From contig DASYDU010000311.1 in NCBI GenBank assembly GCA_036499445.1, positions 1-59,330 on the forward strand: 59,330 bases of DNA, in the 5' to 3' direction. A program made the translations under genes and the position numbers. Positions 46,662 to 54,990 of this stretch are shown piece by piece. The notes below the pieces were generated by a model. It saw only the letters and a list, made by a program, of their open reading frames with translations, was not told the DNA's origin and searched no databases. The DNA is from Lacipirellulaceae bacterium. Its GTDB lineage: Bacteria > Planctomycetota > Planctomycetia > Pirellulales > Lacipirellulaceae. Positions within the stretch are counted from its first letter, which is position 1. Each line of letters opens with the position of its first letter.

Positions 46662-49100
46662 CTACACAACCAGCGGCGGCAGTACCGTGATCGTCAGGTC
46701 GGACGACGCCGAGAGCAGGCCGTCGCTCACGGTAAGCCGCAAGACGTAGGTGCCCGCGATGCTGAATTGGGCCGACGTATTGGCTGTCGCGGCGTTTCCA
46801 AATGTCACGATGCCCGGCCCGGAAACTTTGATCCACGTCGTCGAGAGGGTGGCCGGCGTTGGCAAGCCGTCGTCCGCCAGGCTGGGATGCAACGTGGCGG
46901 CGGCCGGCAACGTGATGGTCTGAGCGACCCCGGTATTGACTTGGGGCTTTTGATTGACGGGCCCCACGGTGAGCGCGGCTATTTGGGACGGCGTGAGGTT
47001 GGCGGGAACATGATACGTGATGGTGAGCTTGGGCCGTTGAGAAACGGTGCTGGTCTCGCTCGTCGTGATTTGGAATCCATCAGTAATCGCGTAGTTTTGC
47101 AGAATCACGCCGAAATTCGACGACGGGTTGTTCACCCAGGCCTGTAGCGCGGCGATGCCCGCCTGGTTCAGGACAATTTGGGCGAGGCCCTTCTTCGTCG
47201 GTGTGATCTGGCCAATCGCGGTGGAACCATGGTCGGCAGCGCCCGACGCGCCGGCAACACTCCAAGGATTGCCGCTGGACGCCTGGTTCCAGGTGGCGGT
47301 GAGCTCATCCCAAGCCCGGTTCATGACATAGAGCGGGAAGGATTTGCTGCTGGCGCTGGTGGCGTTTAATTGAATGGTTGCCGAATCGACGATGCCGCTG
47401 GTCGGAATCGCGCTAATATCCCAATCGAACAAGTCGCCGATGTCGGGGCTGCCATCGGCTTTGTAGGTCGCCGTGGTGCCGAAATTGGAAGTCTTCGCGC
47501 CGCTGTCGAGTTTCGTATCGCGAGTTCCCTGATAGCTGCCGGTCGGCGACGCGCCGTCTTGGAAGCTGATGGTTACGGGCGAGCTTGGATCGATCACGGT
47601 GACAGTCAAGTCATCTGTGGTGCTGGCCGCTCCGTCGCTGGCGGAAAGCCGCAGCACGTATTGGCCCGCCAGGCTGAAGGACGCCCCGGTTGACGTGGCC
47701 GAGCCGTTCGTGAAGCTCACGTTGCCCGGTCCCGAAACCTTCGACCACGTGGTGGTAATGGTGCCAGGGGGATTGGGCAATTGATCGTCGGTGACTATGC
47801 CTGCAAGCTGCACGGAAGAACCGACCACGATTGACTGGTCGCTTCCGGCGTTGACGACAGGCGGCAAATTGACCGGGCCGGTCGGAACCGGAATCGGATT
47901 TACGCCGTCAAAACGGAACGTGACACTCTTAGCTTTGCTCCCGCCTTCGGCCATGAAGACCACGTCATCGGTGAATTCTTGCTTCGTCGTCGTGACGTTG
48001 TTGGTCGATCCGGCAATGAGCGTCTGAACCGGGCTCAGCGAGATCGTACCCAGCGGCGACCAGCGATAGAGGATATTGCCGCCGCCGTCTTTCGACGTAT
48101 ACGCGATGACAAGCCTATTGGCGACCTCGTCGAGCACGATCACCGGTCGCGTGCCGCCGTTATCGACCGTGTAGGGAGCGTCCCACACGCCGTTGGGCCG
48201 GCGGACGAGCAAGATAATTTGGGCATAGCCGGATGTGTCGTAGCCAGTCTTGGCGGCGACATACAACGTGCCGTCCGAGGCCACGGACAAGTGCATGTGG
48301 TCGTCGGCCATGCCGTGGACTTTGTTGAACGCGTATTGACCGGCCGGAACTTCGTTCGTCGTCCACAGTGTGGGAAGCGTGCCGTCAACATGGGTGCGGA
48401 AACCAAAACGCTTAGTGCTTTGGTCCGACCAGAAGATGCCCAACTGGTGGTTCGGCATTTCAATGATCGCAGAGATGTCGTCGCCGGTTACGCCGGTGGC
48501 GACGGTGATCGGCGCGCTCCAGCTCGAATAATTGCCGTCGCTATAGCGAACTTCGATCGTGCTACTGGCGTCCGAGGCAAGCCACATCCGGCCCGTGGAG
48601 TCGAGGGCAATCGTGGCCGTTTCGACGCCGCTCGAAAGGCTGATGTTGACCGGCTGAGGCTGTTGCGACGACATCTTGTAATTGTTGAGCCCGGTGTCGA
48701 ACTGCACGGTCGCAAACTGCGATGACGTACCGGAGTACAAGAGGATGTAAGTGAGATTGCCGTCCGCCAAGACGTCGGCTTCGACTGACTTGCTTGTCGA
48801 TAGCTTCAACTGTTGGCTCCACGTCGTGCCTTCCAGCCGAAAGAGCCAAGTTCCCGAACTATTGGGCATGACCGCATACCATTTACTTTGGTACTCCCAA
48901 ATCTTAGATTGCGGTTTTTGGCCAGTGTCGTTTGATACGGACAGGTCGGCGAGCGAAGTGATCGAGAGCATCTGCCGCGATTCGAGCGACTCGAACGCCA
49001 ATTGGCGGCGGGCGGCCGGGCGGCGCGAGGCTCGCTTGCGAGCATTCGACGATTTGCCGGAAATGGAGCTGAACAGACGATCGACGAATTGGTTGGCCAT
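46662..49100 (-). CDS. Large secreted protein: beta-rich N-terminal module, two PKD/Ig-like domains flanking a DNRLRE-like domain
   Basis: 812 aa. Basic N-terminus plus FESLESRQMLSI motif. Two related Ig-like units (TTTWSKVSGPGNVSF...YVLRLSASDG / STTWIKVSGPGIVTF...YVLRLTVSDG). DNRLRE-like stretch TRDTKLDSGAKTSNFG...DWDISAIP...AWDELTATWN. Confidence 0.75.
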   Translation of the reverse strand: MANQFVDRLFSSISGKSSNARKRASRRPAARRQLAFESLESRQMLSITSLADLSVSNDTGQKPQSKIWEYQSKWYAVMPNSSGTWLFRLEGTTWSQQLKLSTSKSVEADVLADGNLTYILLYSGTSSQFATVQFDTGLNNYKMSSQQPQPVNISLSSGVETATIALDSTGRMWLASDASSTIEVRYSDGNYSSWSAPITVATGVTGDDISAIIEMPNHQLGIFWSDQSTKRFGFRTHVDGTLPTLWTTNEVPAGQYAFNKVHGMADDHMHLSVASDGTLYVAAKTGYDTSGYAQIILLVRRPNGVWDAPYTVDNGGTRPVIVLDEVANRLVIAYTSKDGGGNILYRWSPLGTISLSPVQTLIAGSTNNVTTTKQEFTDDVVFMAEGGSKAKSVTFRFDGVNPIPVPTGPVNLPPVVNAGSDQSIVVGSSVQLAGIVTDDQLPNPPGTITTTWSKVSGPGNVSFTNGSATSTGASFSLAGQYVLRLSASDGAASTTDDLTVTVIDPSSPVTISFQDGASPTGSYQGTRDTKLDSGAKTSNFGTTATYKADGSPDIGDLFDWDISAIPTSGIVDSATIQLNATSASSKSFPLYVMNRAWDELTATWNQASSGNPWSVAGASGAADHGSTAIGQITPTKKGLAQIVLNQAGIAALQAWVNNPSSNFGVILQNYAITDGFQITTSETSTVSQRPKLTITYHVPANLTPSQIAALTVGPVNQKPQVNTGVAQTITLPAAATLHPSLADDGLPTPATLSTTWIKVSGPGIVTFGNAATANTSAQFSIAGTYVLRLTVSDGLLSASSDLTITVLPPLVV

Positions 49101-49335
49101 GGAAAGTTGACGAAGATGCGCCGCGGGGAACCTCAGGCGGGTGCGAGGGACCGCGACTGTGAGAAGAGGTGGGGAGAAGTGACGAGAGAAACCAGCGGAG
49201 ACTTTCCATAGTAATTGCCTCGTGAGCGTGTCAAGAAAATGACTGTTTTTGACGGTCGAAACGGGATTGCGCCGCGCCTAGCCGGCATCACCGATACGAT
49301 TGCATCGCGTGCGGAATCGAGCGCACTGGGTACGC

Positions 49336-49364
49336 AAAATGAGTGGCAACGAGGCACCGTTGCC
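49336..49364 (-). terminator. Candidate intrinsic terminator after the kinase-like gene
   Basis: Minus strand GGCAACG-gtgcct-CGTTGCC (7-bp stem), then ACTCATTTTG. The T-run is displaced by 5 nt, so this is only moderate. Confidence 0.4.
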
Positions 49365-49381
49365 GGCAAAAAGATTCGTCG

Positions 49382-50809
49382 CTAGGCTGCGCGACGGATA
49401 GCGCGCTCGGGCTGGGCGTCGATAGATGCGCCGGCGTCGGAAGCTATGACGCCCCCCGCGACGACGCGCTGCTGGTGGTGCAGCTTGTCGACGAGCTGCC
49501 CGACGCGCGCGGGGTCGGCGGCGATGGCGACCTCACCACGGCGTAACGAAAACGAGCAGCGCTCCTGATGGAACAGTCGTATCGGCGCCTGCGCCGGTGA
49601 ATGGGCGCCGACAACGCGCCGCCCACTCTTGCGGACCTCGATCGGGATGCGAAACGCGTCGCAATCGGTCCGCTCGACGATTTGCTCCGGCAATTGACGG
49701 GCCAGCTCCGGCGTCACGCAATCGCCCGCATACAGTACGAGCACCCAAGGGTGTCTTGGCCGGCCCGTATGGTACAAGTTGCGATGGCCCGACTGCGCCG
49801 TCAAATTCAGCGCTGCGCGCTGGCCAGGTTCGTCGATCCTCCGGATGACGTGCCAAGCGCTAGATGACGACGGCGACACCACCAAAATTTCGTCGGCGAT
49901 GTCGCGGACCGAGTTCACGGCCGGGTCGACCTGGTCGTCAGCGGCCGCGGCCAATCGCTGATCAGGCGACTGGTGAGTCATGATGACGACCGACAACCCG
50001 CACGCCAATTGCTCGTCAGAATAGCTGCCGCGCAAGCCCGGGCGACTGGCAAGATGGCTGTCGCCAAGCCAATCGCCGAGCGAAGTTTTTAAGAGCTCGC
50101 TACGGAAAGTCTCGGCCGCACCGGGATTGGTGCGCCATGAGCGTACGTGCAAGAATCGCGTTAGATCGGCCAGGTGTCGCTCCGGCAGGCCGACGGCATT
50201 TCGATGCAAGCGAGGTCGCTCAAAGTCGATGACCCAAACTTTATTTGTCGGGTCGACGACGAAATTTTCCGGCTTGAGATCATTGTGGCTCACGCCCAAA
50301 TCGATCAGCCGTTGCCAGATTTCTGCGACCTGCCGGGCCAGATCCGCTAAAACGTCGGGCGACGCCGTGGAACTGCGGACCAATCGATGCAGCGTCGTTC
50401 CTTCGACAAAATCGGTGAGCAAGTACGAGCGGTAACCAAACGGGCCGATCGCGCATTCCACGCTGGCTCTGGGCCGCGGTGTCGCAATGCCTTGCTCGGC
50501 CAGACGGACTCCGAGGGCCGCCGAAACTCGGGCCGTGGGCGCGCGGAGCAGCATCCTCGCGGTCCGCCAGCGGTCTCCCCACTCGTGCCGTTTGATCGTC
50601 AGGGAGCCGGCCGGGTGGTCCAGCCGCGCCACGGCGCAGCGCTCCTTGAGTTGCAACGGCTCGGACTCGGCGAGCAATTGATCCGGGTTGCCGCGCAGTA
50701 GCGCATCGACGAGGTCTAGTGGCAGGTCCCGGTCGCAGTCCACGCGGCGCGCAAGCGACCGCGCTCGGATAGAAAAAGTCCCCTCGGCAGTCCAATGGCC
50801 CAGCCGCAT
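49382..50809 (-). CDS. Kdo/WaaP-type (LPS) kinase-like domain fused to a degenerate GT2-like domain
   Basis: 475 aa. N-terminal half has HNDLKPENFVV and VIDFERP kinase-fold motifs. C-terminal half has LSVVIMTH, DEILVVS and WVLVLYAGDCVTPEL, resembling a family-2 glycosyltransferase with the DXD position changed. Confidence 0.65.
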   Translation of the reverse strand: MRLGHWTAEGTFSIRARSLARRVDCDRDLPLDLVDALLRGNPDQLLAESEPLQLKERCAVARLDHPAGSLTIKRHEWGDRWRTARMLLRAPTARVSAALGVRLAEQGIATPRPRASVECAIGPFGYRSYLLTDFVEGTTLHRLVRSSTASPDVLADLARQVAEIWQRLIDLGVSHNDLKPENFVVDPTNKVWVIDFERPRLHRNAVGLPERHLADLTRFLHVRSWRTNPGAAETFRSELLKTSLGDWLGDSHLASRPGLRGSYSDEQLACGLSVVIMTHQSPDQRLAAAADDQVDPAVNSVRDIADEILVVSPSSSSAWHVIRRIDEPGQRAALNLTAQSGHRNLYHTGRPRHPWVLVLYAGDCVTPELARQLPEQIVERTDCDAFRIPIEVRKSGRRVVGAHSPAQAPIRLFHQERCSFSLRRGEVAIAADPARVGQLVDKLHHQQRVVAGGVIASDAGASIDAQPERAIRRAA

Positions 50810-51393
50810 GATGTCGACTCACGTAGAACGACGAAAACCGGCTGAGGACGGGCCGGCTCAGTGTTATCGACCGCCCGAAATGTGAAAACTTAAAGAATTC
50901 GTCGCGAATCGCGACTTTGCTCATGCTAGCGGAGAAATCAACCGTTTCAATCGTTAGAATTTTAACGCGGGATGACGAGTTGGCGAATCGGGGCGTTTTT
51001 ATCATTGCAAAGCCTGCCCGCTGCATCCTCACGCCGACAAATCGTAAGCTAGATTTGGACAGCTTGACCGCCGAAAGAATTTCTCTTTACCCCCAACGTG
51101 CGCAGGCGAAGCGATTTGCCTGCACCGGCGACTCAAGGCAATATGGTCGCGCGCTCTCCGGCGCGGCGCAGCCACTCATGCGCCGGTCGATGGCGACGGC
51201 TTGCATCTATCCGGGGGACACAAACCATGGCAAACGACCATGCCGACTTCGTTAGCGAAGAGTGGCCGACGTTGCTCTCGATCGACGACGACCCACAGAT
51301 CTCCGAGACGATCGTCGCCCGGCTTGGCAAGAGCGACTCGCCGTCGTATGGCGTGAGCAGGCAGCAGGCGCTTGACCTAGGGGGGCAGACATC

Positions 51394-53316
51394 GTGTCGC
51401 ACAATCTGATTCAAGTCTTGTTAGTCGATGACGACGCGACCGACGCGGGTTTGACCACCCGAGCGTTAGCCAAGATTGGCCACTCGCGATTCACGACCCA
51501 GCGCGCCGGCTCGCTGGCCGAGGCCGCCGAGAAAGTCCGCGGCGTGAAGTTTGACGTCGCGCTCTTGGACCTAGGCCTGCCGGATTCGCCACGGAATGAA
51601 ACCCTGGCTCGGTTCCGCGCAAGCTGCTCGGCGGATCTGCCGGTCATCGTGCTCACCGGCCTGGCTGATGAAAAAAGTGCGCTGGAAGCCCTGGGCTGTG
51701 GTGCGCAGGACTACATCACCAAGGACGACGTGACGTCCGATCTGCTGTCGCGGACCATTAGCTACGCTCTGCAGCGCCAACACCTGCTGGAACAGCTTAA
51801 GGCGTCCAACGACCTCTTGGCGCAGAAAAATGCGCGGTTGGCTGAGCTCTACGAGACGGCGCAGCAATTCGTCGAAAACGTGTCACACGAGTTCCGCACG
51901 CCGCTGACCGTGATCCGCGAATTCACCTCGATCATCCAGGACGGTTTGGATGGCCCCGTGACGCCGAAGCAATTTGAGCATTTGGGAAAGGTTCTGCACC
52001 GCACGGACGACTTAGCGCTGATGGTCGATGACATGCTTGATATCAGCAAACTCGAGGCGGGGTTGTTGGGTGTCTGGCGGCGTCCCTGTAACATAGGGGA
52101 GACGCTCGATGCCGTGCGCGCTCTGCTCAAAAGTCGCGCCGACTCGAAGCAGATTCAACTCAGCGTTTCACTGCCGGAGGCCCTGCCGGATGTCTTTTGC
52201 GACGAGGAGAAGGCCCGCCGCGTGCTGACCAACTTGACGGTGAACGCACTGAAGTTCACGCCCGACGGTGGAACCGTCAAACTTTGGGCCAAAATTGGCA
52301 AGGGCGAAGCGGAGGTGATTGTCGGCGTGACCGATACTGGACCGGGAATCAGCCCCGAGAATCTGGCGATCATCTTTGAGCGGTTTCAGCAGGTCGACCA
52401 GGGTCTCAAATCGAGTACCAAGGGATTTGGCCTAGGGCTCAACATCGCTAAGGAGCTGGTCGCGCTAAATTTGGGCCGGATCGATGTCGCAAGCACCATC
52501 GCCGCGGGGAGCACCTTTTCGTTTACCTTGCCAATCAATGACATTCCGTCGGTTTTTGAGCGGTATTTAGACCGCATGAGCGCAGCGCCGCGTGCCGGCG
52601 AAACGGTTGGGCTCTTCACGGCCAGCGCCGACTCTTCCCTCGATGCGTCCGTGCGACCCTTGGTCGACGAGTTTTTACAACGGTCCGTCCGCGCCTATGA
52701 CCTCGTGATGCAGCGAGATACCCGAACCTGGGTCGTGGCGACAGCTTGCCACGAACAAGACAGCGATGACTTGATTCGACGCCTACTGAGCGAGTGGCAA
52801 GCCTTCGTGCGAAATTGCCCGCACGCCGAGCTGCCGCAACTTGAGCTGCGGCAACACGGAGCCAATCACCTGGCGAGCCAACGCCCCGAGTTGACGAGCG
52901 CATTTGCGGCGCTGATGAAGCCGGACCGCGATCAGCCCTGCGCGTGTCGCCGGATCCTGGTCGTGGATGACGATGGCGAAGTGAGCCACTGCCTGGGAAT
53001 TCGGCTGCGGGCCGCTGGTTACGAAGTGATCTCGGCGATGGATGGCGAAGCGGGGTTGTCTGCCGCGTTGCTGCAACATCCGGACGCCGTCGTGCTCGAC
53101 GTGCGAATGCCCAAGAAAGACGGTTTGACCGTTCTCCGCGAGCTACGCCGCCATGAATTCACCAAAGACGTGCCGATCGTGATGCTCTCGGCGTCGATTT
53201 CAGACCAGCATCGCGCGCTCGAGGCGGGTGCAAATTTCTTTGTACCGAAGCCATACGAAGCGAAAGACGTTTTGTCGGCCATCGAAACATCTATGCGTGA
53301 AGAGGTGCTGCTGTGA
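51394..53316 (+). CDS. Hybrid sensor histidine kinase: REC - HisKA - HATPase_c - unknown domain - REC
   Basis: 640 aa, GTG start (AGGGGGG upstream). REC1 VLLVDDD...ALLDLGLP...VLTG...ITKD. H-box VSHEFRTPLTVI. N/G boxes NLTVNALKFTPDGG, DTGPGISPE, GFGLGL. REC2 ILVVDDD...VVLDVRMP...MLSA...VPKP. Confidence 0.88.
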   Translation: MSHNLIQVLLVDDDATDAGLTTRALAKIGHSRFTTQRAGSLAEAAEKVRGVKFDVALLDLGLPDSPRNETLARFRASCSADLPVIVLTGLADEKSALEALGCGAQDYITKDDVTSDLLSRTISYALQRQHLLEQLKASNDLLAQKNARLAELYETAQQFVENVSHEFRTPLTVIREFTSIIQDGLDGPVTPKQFEHLGKVLHRTDDLALMVDDMLDISKLEAGLLGVWRRPCNIGETLDAVRALLKSRADSKQIQLSVSLPEALPDVFCDEEKARRVLTNLTVNALKFTPDGGTVKLWAKIGKGEAEVIVGVTDTGPGISPENLAIIFERFQQVDQGLKSSTKGFGLGLNIAKELVALNLGRIDVASTIAAGSTFSFTLPINDIPSVFERYLDRMSAAPRAGETVGLFTASADSSLDASVRPLVDEFLQRSVRAYDLVMQRDTRTWVVATACHEQDSDDLIRRLLSEWQAFVRNCPHAELPQLELRQHGANHLASQRPELTSAFAALMKPDRDQPCACRRILVVDDDGEVSHCLGIRLRAAGYEVISAMDGEAGLSAALLQHPDAVVLDVRMPKKDGLTVLRELRRHEFTKDVPIVMLSASISDQHRALEAGANFFVPKPYEAKDVLSAIETSMREEVLL

Positions 53317-54818
53317 ATCAAAAGACCATTTTGCTGATCGATGACGATGCCGATTTGTTGCAGGTGATTGGCGACCGCTGCCGGAAGGCCGGCTATCAGG
53401 TCGAGCAAGCCAGAAATCTGCTCACCGCAACGGCGACGATCGAAAAACACATGCCAGACATCGTTTGCGTCGACGTGCAAATGCCGAGCGGCAACGGCCT
53501 GAGCTTTTGCGAAATGTTGGCCACTGATCCGAAGTCGGCAGACCTCCCCATCATCGTGCTGACCGGTCAGCGGGACGACGAGACGCTCAAGACTTGCCAG
53601 CGGCTAAAGCTCGAATACGTCACGAAGCAGGCCGACGTCTGGAAAACCTTGGAACTGTTGCTGCACAAGTTCGACGCCCAGGGGCGGCAACGGCGAACGG
53701 TCCCGGTCGAGGCGACTGGGCCCCTGCCCTTCGCCGGTCCACAGATTCCCCGGCTGCCCACGGAACCGAAGTGCGAGGGCTCGCCGCGGGCCGGCGGCAA
53801 ACTGGTCGTCATCGCGGACGATGATGCGGAACTAGTCCGCGCATTGTCGCAGCGGTTTAGCTCGATGGGATGCTCGGTGATCGGCGCCAATAGTGCGCTC
53901 GAGGCCGTCAACGCCATTCATCGCGTGATGCCCGATCTGGTTTGTCTGGACGTCAATATGCCTAGCGGCAGCGGATTGAGTGTCTGCGAGATGATGGCCA
54001 CCGACGAGCGGCTAAGGTCGGTTCCAGTGATCATCCTGACCGGCTGCTCGGACCAAACCACGATCCGACGTTGCCACGATATGCTCGTGTTCTATGTCGA
54101 GAAGGGGACAAACGTCTGGTCGCGAATCAAACCGCTGGTGCGCGAATTGTTGCACTTCGAAGAGCCCGCTCAACCTAAGCCGAAAACCCCGGAGAAAAAA
54201 TCCGAGCCAAGACAGATCCAATCCGCCGCCGCTCGGCCGGTGAACGATAAACTGCAGGTTCAGGTTAGGGACGAGAAGTTGATGAAAAACAGTCCGCCGC
54301 CCAGAGACGACGGCTTGATGGACGCCGTATTTGCCATGCTGGGCTCCGGCGACGGCCAGTCGCTGGCTGTCGCCCAGAGCCCAGAGGCCGCCGCCGAAGT
54401 CCACGATGCCGGCCCGCCCTGGGTGCTCTGCATCGACGATGATCAGGACTACTCGGACTCAATCAAATCGCGGCTCGAACAATATGGAGTGGCGGTCGCC
54501 CGCGCTTATAGTGGCATCGAGGGCTACCGCATGGTCTTCACGAATCCGGCCAGCGCCATCCTGCTCGACTACAACATGCCCAACGGCCAAGGCGATTACA
54601 TCTTGGACCGGCTGAAAAGAAGCCCAGTGACCAGCCACATTCCCGTGATTGTCATCACCGGCGTCAAGGACAAGGTGCTCGAGCGGCGGATGCTCGCGAT
54701 GGGCGCGGCCGCGTTTCTCAATAAGCCGGTCGCCTTTGAGCGACTGCGTGCCGAGCTGGCCCAATACATCGACATTCTGTCGTCGCCGCCTGAGCCGACT
54801 TTGACCACCTCCCGGTGA
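53313..54818 (+). CDS. Triple-receiver (REC-REC-linker-REC) response regulator without output domain
   Basis: 501 aa. The GTG start overlaps the kinase stop (GTGA). Three REC units each keep DDD, phospho-Asp (VCVDVQMP, VCLDVNMP, ILLDYNMP), T (VLTG, ILTG, VITG) and K (VTKQ, VEKG, LNKP). Confidence 0.85.
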   Translation: MNQKTILLIDDDADLLQVIGDRCRKAGYQVEQARNLLTATATIEKHMPDIVCVDVQMPSGNGLSFCEMLATDPKSADLPIIVLTGQRDDETLKTCQRLKLEYVTKQADVWKTLELLLHKFDAQGRQRRTVPVEATGPLPFAGPQIPRLPTEPKCEGSPRAGGKLVVIADDDAELVRALSQRFSSMGCSVIGANSALEAVNAIHRVMPDLVCLDVNMPSGSGLSVCEMMATDERLRSVPVIILTGCSDQTTIRRCHDMLVFYVEKGTNVWSRIKPLVRELLHFEEPAQPKPKTPEKKSEPRQIQSAAARPVNDKLQVQVRDEKLMKNSPPPRDDGLMDAVFAMLGSGDGQSLAVAQSPEAAAEVHDAGPPWVLCIDDDQDYSDSIKSRLEQYGVAVARAYSGIEGYRMVFTNPASAILLDYNMPNGQGDYILDRLKRSPVTSHIPVIVITGVKDKVLERRMLAMGAAAFLNKPVAFERLRAELAQYIDILSSPPEPTLTTSR

Positions 54819-54990
54819 AAGCCCCGGCCCGTTCTCGGCGACAATTGTCCTGCCGGAGCTTTTTTGCCAGCCCGGCGAGCGATACCCGTGCAAAGCCATT
54901 CCCGGTCGGCTAACCTGGGGTGGTTCCGTGTGTGTCGGCGGCACGCACGACGTATACCCTCAGGCCATCCTTTTGCACCGACTCCATTAC

